DNA of 64,000 nt from the NCBI RefSeq assembly GCF_006345805.1, contig NC_043006.1, forward strand, positions 1,488,001-1,552,000. Direction: 5' to 3'. This document shows positions 1 to 12,372 of the stretch, in pieces (within the stretch, counting starts at the first letter, position 1; every line of letters begins with the position of its first letter). The translations under genes were made by a program, and so were the position numbers. Source of the stretch: Octopus sinensis (Eukaryota). The notes below the pieces were generated by a model. The model searched no databases. It was not told where the DNA came from and saw only the letters and a list, made by a program, of their open reading frames with translations.

Positions 1-270
1 ATGATCTTGGGTTCAGTCCCTCTGCGCGGCAGAGACAAGAATCTTCTACTATAGTACTTGGTCAGCTAAAACTTTTTGAGTGGATATGGTTGACGGAAAC
101 TGAAAGTAGCCCATCATGTGTGTGTGCGCACGCACCCGTTACATTGGTGTTGGTTTGCTTGCGTTCCCAATAACTTAGCAGTTTGGCAAAAGTCATCAAT
201 AGAATAAGTACAAGGTTTAAAAATTAAATACAAGAATCATTTTTTTCCCTTCACTATTTAGAATTTGTAT

Positions 271-682
271 ACTCTTACTCTTTTACTCTTTTACTTGTTT
301 CAGTCATTTGACTGCGGCCATGCTGGAGCACCGCCTTTAGTCGAGCAAATCGACCCCAGGACTTATTCTTTGTAAGCCCAGTATTTATTCTATCGGTCTC
401 TTTTGCCGAACCGCTAGATGACAGGGACATAAACACACCAGCATCGGTTGTCAAGCAATGCTAGAGGGACACACACAGACACACAAACACACACACACAT
501 ATATATATAGATATATACGACAGGCTTCTTTCAGTTTCCGTCTACCAAATCCACTCACAAGGCATTGGTTGGCCCGAGGCTATAGCAGAAGACACTTACA
601 CAAGGTGCCACGCAGTGGGACTGAACCCGGAACCATGTGGCTGGTTAGCAAGCTACTTACCACACAGCCACTCCTGCGCCTA
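271..682 (-). mobile_element. tRNA-SINE family 1 (GGCGCAGGAGTGGCTGTGTGG head)
   Basis: Further copies at about 11236-11593, 16215-16650, 39488-39886, 46034-46335, 46780-47125, 54796-54955. Confidence 0.85.
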
Positions 683-1184
683 TAGCCATCTATGTACCAC
701 ACTTAATGTATATACATCATTGACAGGCAAGTTACTGCAGGTTTCGTCCAGGGATAACATCTACTGGAGATGTTATAGTGTTTTCAAACACTATAACAGG
801 GAGATAGAAATCATCCCAGCAGCAGCAGCTGACGAGAATGCCAGATGCATTTCGGCCCCCTATTGGCCCCATCAGTGACATATACTTAAAGCAAGATTTG
901 TCACCTCAGATATAGGAAATAGTGAATATAACATTCAATGATATTGCAAAAGCTGCTGAGCTGAATAAAAATCTGATTTTTGTCATTGAAATAGTATTAA
1001 ATTACAATAGCCATCTACGTTTCATCTCTAATGTATATGCGTTGTTGACAGACAAGTTACTGCAGTATTCATCCAGATATAACATGTCTTATGGATATGC
1101 TCTATTTAAAAACATAGTATATTTTGGAAGGAGATAAAAACCATCCTAGCAGCAAGTAAAGTGAATGCCAGGGGTATTTTAGCC

Positions 1185-1420
1185 AGATAAGGCGGTGAGC
1201 TGGCAGAAACGTTAGCACGCCAGGCGAAATGCTTAGTGGTATTTCGTCTGCGTTACGTTGTGAGTTCGAATTCCGCCGAGGTCGACTTTGCCTTTCATCC
1301 TTTCGGGGTCGATAAATTAAGTACGAGTTACGCACTGGGGTCGATGTAATCGACTTAATACCTATGTCTCTCCTTGTTTGTCCCCTCTGTGTTTAGCCCC
1401 TTGTGGGTAATAAAGAAATA
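1185..1420 (+). mobile_element. tRNA-SINE family 2 (GGCGGYGAGCTGGCAGAA head) with TSD
   Basis: GGTATTTTAGCC on both sides; further copies at about 13960-14355, 44820-45450(-), 47958-48170, 48495-48670. Confidence 0.85.
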
Positions 1421-2224
1421 GGTATTTTAGCCCAGTTGGGCCTTATTAATGGCATGTACTCAAAGCTATACATACACCTAGATGAGATTTCTTGGCTAGA
1501 ATTACAATTCTGAAAGAGATTTTTTCCCCCCAGACTTTTTATGTACAGGATGGGTGAAAAGTCACAAAATATGAAAATACACTTGCTGCAACAGCTGAAG
1601 CTATCAGATTGTGCCCAAAGATTGTAATATGCAGTAAAATTTTATGGCATTTGCCCACCCAGTATTTTTGTTACATCTATGCTTTTTTTCTTACCCTACA
1701 AAATAGTAGCAGCTATTCCAAAACTCTGTCAACTCTTGTAGAAGATTAGAAATGATGCCTTTATTAAAATTTCCCCTTTAGCTAAAGACAGACAACAAGA
1801 TCATGAACAGACATTGTTAGTGACTTTCAAAGAAGAGAGGCAACAATTTCATGAACTTAATCTCTAAAAGTAAATTTACATGCTTAGGGAAATATCTGAT
1901 CTTTATTTATAGTCAAGCGGCAACTGTTTCTGGTTAATAGACTGGAACATCTTCATAACAGTCTAATTTCCCTTAACAGTCTATAACAATTGCCACCTAG
2001 GGTTTCTTTTGGTCATATTTTTATGAATTTTCTTTCTCCAACTAAGAAAAATGTTTAAATTAATTATTTATGGTGGCATAACTCATTAAACCTTTCATGA
2101 TCATATTCCAAATGAAACTGACAGCTTATATTTCAGTTAATTTGGAAAACAACCTAGAGTTTGGAGGAATTTAGTAAAAGAACTAATTTTTCCAGCATTA
2201 AGATGGTGTTTAGTGCATATCCTC

Positions 2225-3995
2225 ATCATCACCATCCTCCTTCTCCTCCTCCTCATCACCATCATTTTAAGGTCCACTTTTGGCAGTGTTTCTACGGCTG
2301 GATGCCCTTCCTAATGCCAACCACTCCATGAGTGTAGTGGGTGCTTTTTACGTGCCACCGGCACAGGGGCCAGAGGAGGCTGGCAATGGCCACGATCAGT
2401 TGATACTTTTTACGTGTCACTGGCACAGAAGCCAGTCAAGGCGGCGCTGGCATCGGCCACGTACGGATGGTGCTTTTTACGTGCCACCGGCACAAGTATC
2501 ACAACTACAATTTCCATTTGATTTCTATTTTGATGTTGATGTACTTGATTCAATAGGTCTCTTCATGCACAGCAGGTCGCCCTACAATCCAAGGTACTTT
2601 TGAATGGGCTGGGGCTGGTTATGTGAAACTGGTGTAGGATACAGACGTGAACTCACTTTATTTGCCGGGTCTTCACAATCACAGCATATCTCCAGAGGTC
2701 TCGGTCTTTAGTCATTGCCTCTATGAGGCCCAGCGTTTGAAGGTCATGCTTGACCACCTCATCCCATATCTTCCTGGGTCTACCTCTACCCCGGATTCCT
2801 TCAACTGTTTGGGAGTGGCACTTCTTCACACATCTCTCCTCATCCATCCATAGTACATGACCATACCAGTGCAAACGTCTCTCTTGCATGCCATATTCGA
2901 TGCTTCTTATGTCCAGCATTTCTCTCAGGGTGCTTACACTCTGTCGTGTGTGCACACTGACAGTACACATCCAGTGGATCATTCTAGCTTCATTTTTTTC
3001 AAGCCTATGCAGGTCCTCCACGGTCACAGCCCATATTTCACTGCTGTGAAGCATGGCACTTCGCACACATGCATCGTACAATCTACCTTTCACTCTAAGT
3101 GAGAGGCCCTTTGTCACTAGTAGGGGTAGAAGCTTTCTAAACTTTGCCCAGGCTATTCTTATTCTAGTAGTAACACTCTCTGAGCATCCACCCCTGCTAC
3201 TAACTTGGTCACCTAGGTAGCAGAAGCTATCAACTACTTCTGGTGTGTGATGGAATTTGTTTTCTGAGCATCTGTGGTGCTTATTGCCCCTGAGCATCTG
3301 CCACACATGAAAGCTGTCTTCTCAGTTAATCTTCCTTTGATGTTGCTGAACCTTTTATGTGTCCATAGCTTACACTGGGTACATCTTATGGACTTTTTAC
3401 CTACGCCTTTTCTACAGATTGAGCAGGGCCATCTACCTGAAAAGGTGTGTGATGTGTTTGCCTTCCTACTTACTAGGACTTTGGTTTTTGCCACATTGAC
3501 TCTAAGGCCCTTCAATTCTAAACCTTGCATCCACACCTGTAATTTCTTCTCTAGTTCTGGTAGTGATTCCGCTACGAAGGCCAGGTCATCAGCACAGAGG
3601 AGCTCCCAGGGGCAACCTGTCTTGTATTCCTCTGTTATTGCATAGAGGACTATGATGAATAAGAGAGGGCTGCGTGCTGATCCTTGGTGGACTCCTACTT
3701 CTACCTGAAATCCTTCACTATACTCATTGCCAATCCTAACCTTACTAACAGCCTCTCTGTATAGGGCCTGTACAGCCCTTATTAACCATTCGTCAATCTC
3801 CAGTTTCCACACCACCCATCAGATAAGGGATTGGAGGACCCTGTCAAAGGGTTTATCTTTAGCTAGGTATTTCTCTTGCAGTTGTTGAATCATGAATATG
3901 GCATCACTAGTGCTTCTACCTGGCACAAAACTGAACTACATCTCATCTAAGCAGACTCTCTCCCTAATGAGATGGGCTATGACCCTCTCCGTGAC
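2225..3995 (-). mobile_element. RTE-clade LINE, 5'-truncated and decayed
   Basis: RT motifs GVHQGS..SPLLF, (Y/C)ADDL, FCYLG, RGRGRP; (CAT)n tail at the left end. Confidence 0.9.
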
Positions 3996-4304
3996 CTGTC
4001 ATTTATGATTATATATATATATATCAGGAGGACAATTGGGATCACGTGGATGAGAAAGGCACGATCCGGAGAGGAGTGGACAGCATGCTGTGACCAGCGG
4101 TGTCAAATGGATGCCCGACAGACTGGTCGGTCAATGTGATATGTGTGTGTGTGTGTAGCTAGGGGTAAAAATTATTTTACTTAGAAACAACTGAGTGGGG
4201 TGAATGGTATGGTATCTGGTCATAGAAAATTTGCCTTCACAAATTTTGTGTGATGAATGTAAGCATGGAAAGGGAAACATTTGGTGATGACATATACGCA
4301 TGTG

Positions 4305-4583
4305 CGTATATATATATACATACATATATATACATATATATATATATATGTACATATATATATATATATATAATATATATACATATATATATATATATGT
4401 ACATATATATATATATATATATATTATATATGTACATATAATATATATATATATGTACATATATATATATATATATATAATGTACATATATATATATATA
4501 ATAGATATATATATATAGATATATATATATATATAGATATATATGTACATATATATATATATAGATATATATATATATATATA

Positions 4584-4616
<33 letters not shown>

Positions 4617-4634
4617 CTATATATATATATATAC

Positions 4635-4666
<32 letters not shown>

Positions 4667-4759
4667 GTACATATATATATTATATATATATATAATATAT
4701 ATATATGTACATATATTATATATATATATGTACATAATATATATATATATATGTACATA

Positions 4760-4797
<38 letters not shown>

Positions 4798-4816
4798 TAT
4801 ATATATATATAGATAT

Positions 4817-4860
<44 letters not shown>
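4305..4860. repeat. (TA)n-rich microsatellite
   Basis: Seen directly in the sequence. Confidence 0.95.
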
Positions 4861-4862
<2 letters not shown>

Positions 4863-5240
4863 GATGACACAAAAGTCTCCCACGCAATACAAAACCCTGA
4901 AAATATTGCGCATCTGCAACATGAGCTGGACACAATATACAGGTGGGCTGAGGACAACAACATGCAGTTTAATGCAGGTAAGTTCCAGGCCCTGCGCTAC
5001 TGGCACACAAAGGTAAATGACGTGAAGACTGGATACACTGGCCCAGGAAGAATTGCAATCCCTGAGTCAAAATCAGTGCGTGACCTGGGCATTGACATGA
5101 GCAATGATGCATCTTTCCAAATGCATATTGCTAATCTGGTGAAAAAATGCAGACGGCTAGCTGGATGGATTCTCCGAACTTTCAGAACAAGAGAGAAGGA
5201 GACACTGATGGTCCTATGGAAAACATTCGTCCTCAGCCTG
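4858..5240 (+). mobile_element. CR1/L2-type LINE RT fragment
   Basis: YADDTK...LQHELD...W...MQFN..K...RDLG. Confidence 0.85.
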
Positions 5241-5491
5241 TAATATTTGTATCTTCTGTTAATATACATTCTTGTAATTTGTATTTTGTATTTTGTATTT
5301 TGTTTTTGTTGTTGTTGCTTTTGTTCTAATTTTGTTCATGTGTTTACATCCACCCATTATTATCAGTACATACGCTTGTATGTATGTATAACAACAATAT
5401 TAGTAATAATAATAATAAATCTAATCGAAAAAAAAGAAAAAATATATATATATACACATACACACACATATACACATATACATATATATAT

Positions 5492-5537
<46 letters not shown>

Positions 5538-6388
5538 CATAGATATATATACATATATATAGTTATACATTTCTATTTGTTTATTTATCTGTGTATTTAT
5601 TATGTTTTCAGGATCCTCTATCGTCATATGTTGTGGTGTGTGCTATTGCTCCATTCTAGTTTTCTATTCAGGCTAGGTTTATTTTCTATTATATGTGTAG
5701 CTTCTGTAATTTGACTAATTGTCGCATCTGTTCTATGTGTGGACAATATCTTAATCTCTATGTTATTGATTGATCCCCCGTGTTCCTGTTCGGCGTGTTG
5801 GTACAGAATCGATGAGCTTTTACCTTCCTTGAGTTGTCTCCAATGTTCATTCACCCGCTCTCCTATGCTTCTTGCTGTTTCCCCTACGTATGTTACTGTC
5901 TTGTTACTGCATCGTCCCTCTATACATCTTATACTATAGACTACATTTCTGGCTTTACAGTTTGTTTGTGGGCTAAATCTACATACAGTGCAATAGTTAT
6001 CCGTACAGAGGGTTCTACTAAAAGGATAGGTTCTACCAATTATAGATTTGATAGGGTAGAATGTATATTAACAGAAGATACAAATATTACAGGCATCCCC
6101 CCCACACACACACTAAATAAACATAGACGCACATAGAGATATAAGCATGCGCAAATGAAGACATACAATAGAAATACAAAATGGTTGACGGTTAGTAAGG
6201 AGAGACACAAATAAGTGAGAAGAAACAAAGGACCACTGATGCGGTCACAGGAGTGTGACGAAAGAACTTTGGCCGAAATAAGATTAAGATTAATGTAAAA
6301 AATAAATATCACTGAAGCAAAATAACACCAAATATATAGTGCGTGTGTTTTTATTGGCTAAACTGGCAATATGACCATTTCGAAATAT

Positions 6389-6395
<7 letters not shown>
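5240..6395 (-). mobile_element. Penelope-like element fragment (GIY-YIG endonuclease) with an inverted terminal segment
   Basis: Minus strand reads VYSIRC...YVGETARSIGER.NEH...EA..I...PSLN; 5247-5272 is an inverted copy of about 6059-6085. Confidence 0.85.
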
Positions 6396-6425
<30 letters not shown>

Positions 6426-6709
6426 CTATAATATATATTATATATATTATATATATAATATAACATTATTGGTGAATTGAAGAAATGGAGCTGAACGCAG
6501 ATAAAACGATTTCTGTTCAATCTGCGTTCAGCTCCATTTCTTCAATTCACCAATAATGTTTTAATTTCAATTATCCGCACCAACGCACGGTTGCAACGCC
6601 AGATGGTTGTACCTCCAACCGTGCTGTTTACTGCTGTGATTTTTGCTACTAAGGTATCGGTTAAACTGTTGATTAATCTACTACAAGATTATTCATCTTT
6701 CTATTTCAC

Positions 6710-7390
<681 letters not shown>

Positions 7391-7480
7391 TATTATTAGA
7401 GACAAAACCACTATTTTGCAAAACAAACAAGGAAAGACTTAATCAATACATAAAATTTTAATAAATAGTCAAAAAAACCG

Positions 7481-7523
7481 CCACTACAATTGTTTCTTGT
7501 CTTGATCGACAATCTTCAGGTGG
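7481..7523 (-). ncRNA. Minimal type I hammerhead ribozyme
   Basis: CCAC-CUGAAGA-UUGUC gaucaa GACAA-GAAA-CAAUUG-UA-GUGG; all core residues and stems present. Confidence 0.85.
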
Positions 7524-7664
7524 ACTTCCAATGTTTCTGCAAAGATTTCGTCCAGTAATTTCCTGCAGTAATTATGACAAAGTGAAGTTAAAGTGTTTAT
7601 TTTAGTTTTTGTTTTGAAAGTCACAAAACAAAAAAAAAAAAAAAAAAAACACGAATTTGTATCG

Positions 7665-8169
7665 CCGGTGGCACGTGGCACACAAGAAAACCATCCGAAC
7701 GTGGCCGTAGCCAGTACTGCATCGACTGGCCTCCGTGCTGTGGGCACGTAACAAGCACCATCCGATCGTGGCCGTTTGCCAGCCTCATCTGGCACCTGTG
7801 TCGGTGGCACATAAAAACACCATCCGAGCGTGGCCGTCTGCCAGCCTCGTCTGGCACCTGTGTCGGTGGCACATAAAAAACACCATCCGAGCGTGGCCGT
7901 CTGCCAGCCTCGTCTGGCACCTGTGTCGGTGGCACATAAAAACACCATCCGAGCGTGGCCGTTTGCCAGCCTCGTCTGGCACCTGTGTCGGTGGCACATA
8001 AAATCACCCACTACACTCTCGGAGTGGTTGGCGTTAGGAAGGGCATCCAGCTGTAGAAACACTGCCAGATCTGACTGGACTGGTGCAGCTTTCGGGCTCC
8101 CCAGACCCCAGTTGAACCGTCCAACCCATGCTAGCATGGAAAGCGGACGTTAAATGATGATGATGATGA

Positions 8170-8170
<1 letters not shown>
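7665..8170 (+). mobile_element. RTE 3'UTR-derived element with units of about 62 bp and a (GAT)n tail
   Basis: Relatives at about 19770-20225, 21040-21355, 22030-22375, 34715-35175, 41320-41695, 43680-44205. Confidence 0.8.
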
Positions 8171-8247
<77 letters not shown>

Positions 8248-8253
8248 CATACA

Positions 8254-9835
8254 TCATCATCATCATCATTTAGCGTCTGTTTTCCATGCTAGCATGGGTT
8301 GGACGGTTCTACTGGGGTCTGTGAAGCCAGAACGCTTCATCAGGCCCAGTCAAATCTGGCAGTGTTTCTACGGCTGGATGCCCTTCCTAACGCCAACCAC
8401 TCCGTGAGTGTAGTGGGTGCTTTTTATGTGCCACCCGCACTGGTGCCAGACAGAGCTGGCAAACGGCCACGAACGGATGGTGCTTTTTATGTGCCACCGG
8501 CACGAGGGCCAGGCGAGGCTGGCAACGGACACGAAACGGGGCGGTGCTGGCAACGGTCGCGAAACGGAAAGTTCTCTTACATGCCACCGGCACTGGTAAA
8601 CATCTGCAATTTCCATTGATCGATTTCGATTCTGATTCTCACTTGCCTCAATGGGTCTTCACAAGCAGAGTTTCGACATGCCACCGGCACTGGTAGCACA
8701 TTCGCAATTTCCATTGATCGATTTCGATTCTGATCCTCACTTGCCTCAACACGTCTTCACAAGTAGAGTTTTGTGTCCCAAGAAGGGAAGGTATGCATAC
8801 GTAGGCTGGCTCCATCCCATGTAGAAGGCCACGGGTTGGACTCACTTGTCCTGCCGGGTCTTCTCGCGCACAGCACACTTCCAGAGGTCTCGGTCTCTAG
8901 TCATTTCCTCAGTGAGACCTAAAGTTCGAAGGTCGTGCTTCACCACCTCGTCCCAGGTTTTCCTGGGTCTGCCTCTTCCACAGGTTCCCTCAACCGCTAG
9001 GGTGTGGCACTTTTACACACAACTATCTTCATCCATTCTCGCCACATGACCATACCAGCGCAAACGTCTCTCTTGCACACACCACAACTGATGCTTCTTA
9101 GGTCCAGCTTTTCTCTCAAGGTACTTACACTCTGCCGAGTGTGAGTACCGGCATTACACATCCATCGGAGCATACTGGCTTCATTTCTAGCGAGCTTACG
9201 CATATCCTCAGCAGTCACGGCCCATGTTTCACTGCCATGTATCATGGCTGTTCGTACACACGCATCATACAGTCTGCCTTTCACTCTGTGCGAGAGGCCT
9301 TTTGTCACCAGCAGAGGTAAGAGCTCTCTGAACTTTGCCCAAGCTATTCTTACTCTAGCAGTTACACTTTCAGCACACCCGCCCCCGCTGCTGACTTGGT
9401 CACCTAGGTAACGGAAACTATCAACTATTTCTAGTTTTTCTCCCTGGAAAGTGACGGAAGTTGGTCTCAGAGCATTTTCAGTGTTTATTGTTCCTGAGCA
9501 TCTGCCACATACAAAAACCATCTTCCTAGTTAGCCTTCCTTTGACATTGCTGCATCTCTTATGTGTCCATAGCTTACACTTGGTGCATCTTATAGAGTTT
9601 CTACCTACACCTTTTCTACAGATCAAGCAGGGCCATCTACCTGAAGGTGTTTGTGATTTGTCTACCTTCCTACTGATTACGACTTTGGTTTTAGCTAGAT
9701 TGACTCTGAGGCCCTTCGATTCTAATCCTTGTTTCCACACCTGAAACTTCTCCTCCAGTTCTGATAGCGACTCAGCAATTAGAGCAAGGTCATCAGCATA
9801 GAGGAGCTCCCAAGGGCATCCTGTCTTGAATTCCT
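8254..9835 (-). mobile_element. RTE-clade LINE 3' part
   Basis: LLYADDL and FRYLG motifs, ORF 8997-9740, 3'UTR repeats, (CAT)n tail. Confidence 0.9.
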
Positions 9836-10507
9836 CTCTATATATACATATATATATATCTTTATTATTGTCACACTGCCCTCTGTGCTTGCATGTTTAT
9901 AGTTGGTACATGATCAAAGTTTGAGCCTGATTGTGCCATTTTCCCTTCTGACTTTATAATGTAGGCATGGCCACTGTATTGTCTAAAGTACTGTGCTACA
10001 GATAAACAATCAATATTCAAAGTACATTTCGTTAATTAATAATTTAAATTACATATCTAATTTAATGAATACAGTTTTATTTCATTTTAAAATATATTAC
10101 TCTTCAGTCTTGAAATTCTTTATGTAATTGAGAAAATGAGTAAAAACCAGTGTTGGGTGAAAAAAAAAACTACTGGGAATAAAAATCATTCTTATAAACA
10201 TGTGGAAACTGTAGTGCCCAAAGAAGCCCTTATTCTTGCAAAAAACAAATTTTGAAGCACATTAGCTAAAGCCACTCAACCATGAAATACTACTTACAAT
10301 ATCAGAAACTCCTCTAGTTCAATTCGCTAGGCCCACACTCACAAACAAATAAGTCCTTAAAATTCCCTATTTTGACCAATACAAAGTTTTCTCCAATGAA
10401 ACAATCCTTCCATGACATCAGTATTTACAAACAATATATTTTTAGAATCAATCTTAATAAAAAACCAAAACCATACTAACAGCTTTAATTACATTAACTT
10501 CAGTAAA

Positions 10508-10907
10508 TCTTTATATATAAAAGAAAAGTTGTGTGCTGTCTGTCTCCTACGATTTAGATTCCTAACTACTCCCACATTTTGCGGTGCAGTTTAACCAAAA
10601 CCGGGTATCTTATAGTCGTGATTCATATCGAGCCCTTCTGGGTATTAGCACGCATCTACAATGAGTCTACGATTTAAAAAAAAATTTACCATCATTTTTT
10701 TCCATTTTAATGCATTTTTCGTTATTATATAAGGGAAGTAACTCTCTAAAAATGTCTACGATGAGTCAACGATTTTTAAAAAATTTACCATCATTTTTTT
10801 TTCCATTTTTAATGCATTTTTTTGCTATTTTTTGGCTATAACTCTCTAAAAATGCTTATATAGTTATTTCCCTTACAAACCCGAGCAACACCGGGCGATA
10901 CTGCTAG
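10508..10907 (+). mobile_element. Non-autonomous Helitron-type element
   Basis: A|TC...hairpin CCCGAGCAACACCGGG...CTAG|T, no TSD. Confidence 0.75.
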
Positions 10908-11320
10908 TATATTATATAAAATCCGTTCTGTCTGTGTGTCTTCTAGGATCTCGGGCATCCTCCATCCGATTGCGCTCATATTTGATATGTAGATACCAAC
11001 AGTATCAGGGCATGTATAAGTCTTGAAAAAATTACAAAAATCAATTCCAGGTGAGAATGCGATTGATAAAGTAAATAAAATCGTTTTTCTTTGGAATAGA
11101 AAAAAAGTCTATCTTTATTTCTGCTTTTGCTGGTGTCTCAAATTTAGGTTAAATCAGTGTTTCTCAAAGAGGAAGCCTATGGGACGGTCGGACAAGTTAT
11201 TTTGAGAAAATTTGGTTTAAATGTTTGACAACTCGGCCCCTTGGGCTGACCAAAGCCTTGTGAGTGGATTTGGTAGACGAAAACTGAAAGAAGCCCGTCG
11301 TATATATGTATATATATATA

Positions 11321-11380
<60 letters not shown>

Positions 11381-11664
11381 ATGTATATGATTGCGTGTCT
11401 GTGTTTGTCCCCCCAACATCGCTTGACAACTGATGGTGGTGTGTTTACATCCCCATAACTTAGCGGTTCAGCAAAGGAACCCGATAGAATAAGTACTAGG
11501 CTTACAAAGAATAAGTCTTGGGGGCGATTTGCTCGACTAAAGGCGGTGCTCCAGCATGGTCACAGTCAAATGACTGAAACAATTAAAAGAGTATCTTATT
11601 TATTTATTCATTGAAATAACATAAACCAAATATTAAATATAAGTTTTATGTCACTTATTTTCAG

Positions 11665-11923
11665 GTACCGTGCCATCTTGGTTGAATGGAAGTCTTTACC
11701 GAAATGGTGCCGGAGTATTCCAAGTTGGCGAAACTAAGTTGACCCACTTGTTTGATGGTTTAGCTGCCATTAGCCGCTATGACATCAAAGACGGTCGGGT
11801 TTTGTATAAGAACCGTATATTACGCAGCAAAACTTGGAATGATTCTGTGAAAGCCAACCGCCTCGTTTACAGCCAGTTTGGAAAAGTTGCTCTGCCGGAT
11901 CCGTGCAAAAGTATTTTTTCCAG
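11665..11923 (+). CDS. Carotenoid oxygenase exon A (GTVPSWLNG...PDPCKSIFSR)
   Basis: tttcag acceptor, AG|gtaaaa donor, family motifs HLFDG and PDPCK. Confidence 0.95.
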
Positions 11924-12133
11924 GTAAAACACACTTTCTCAGTTTGCCAGTAACAGAGAGCAATAGCAGTAGTAGATCTGGTGGTGCTGGTGCTGGTAAT
12001 GGTGGTGGTAGCAACAGTAGCAGCAGCAGCAGTAGTGCTAGTTGTAGTACTAGTAATGGTGGTGGTGGTGGTAGTAGTAGCAGTGTCTGTAGTAGTAGTA
12101 GTAGCAGCAGCAGCAGCGGTGGTGGTGGTGGTT

Positions 12134-12177
<44 letters not shown>

Positions 12178-12340
12178 GGTTGTAGTGGTGATGGTAGTAG
12201 TAGTAGTAGTAGTTGTAGTAGTAGTAGTGGTGGTGGTGGCGGCAGTAGTAGTGGTGGTAGTAGTAGTAGTAGTAGCAGTGGTGGTGGCGGCGGCAGCAGC
12301 AGTAGTAGCAGTAGCAGTAGTAGTGGTGGTGGTGGTGGTT

Positions 12341-12372
<32 letters not shown>

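Noticed and set aside
740-820. SECIS-like hairpin on the minus strand
   Set aside because: The AUGA/GA quartet spacing does not fit and no selenoprotein ORF is nearby; the repeat unit explains it better.
10190-10245. VETVVPKEALIL as the oxygenase first exon
   Set aside because: The similarity is weak and there is no GT donor in the needed phase.
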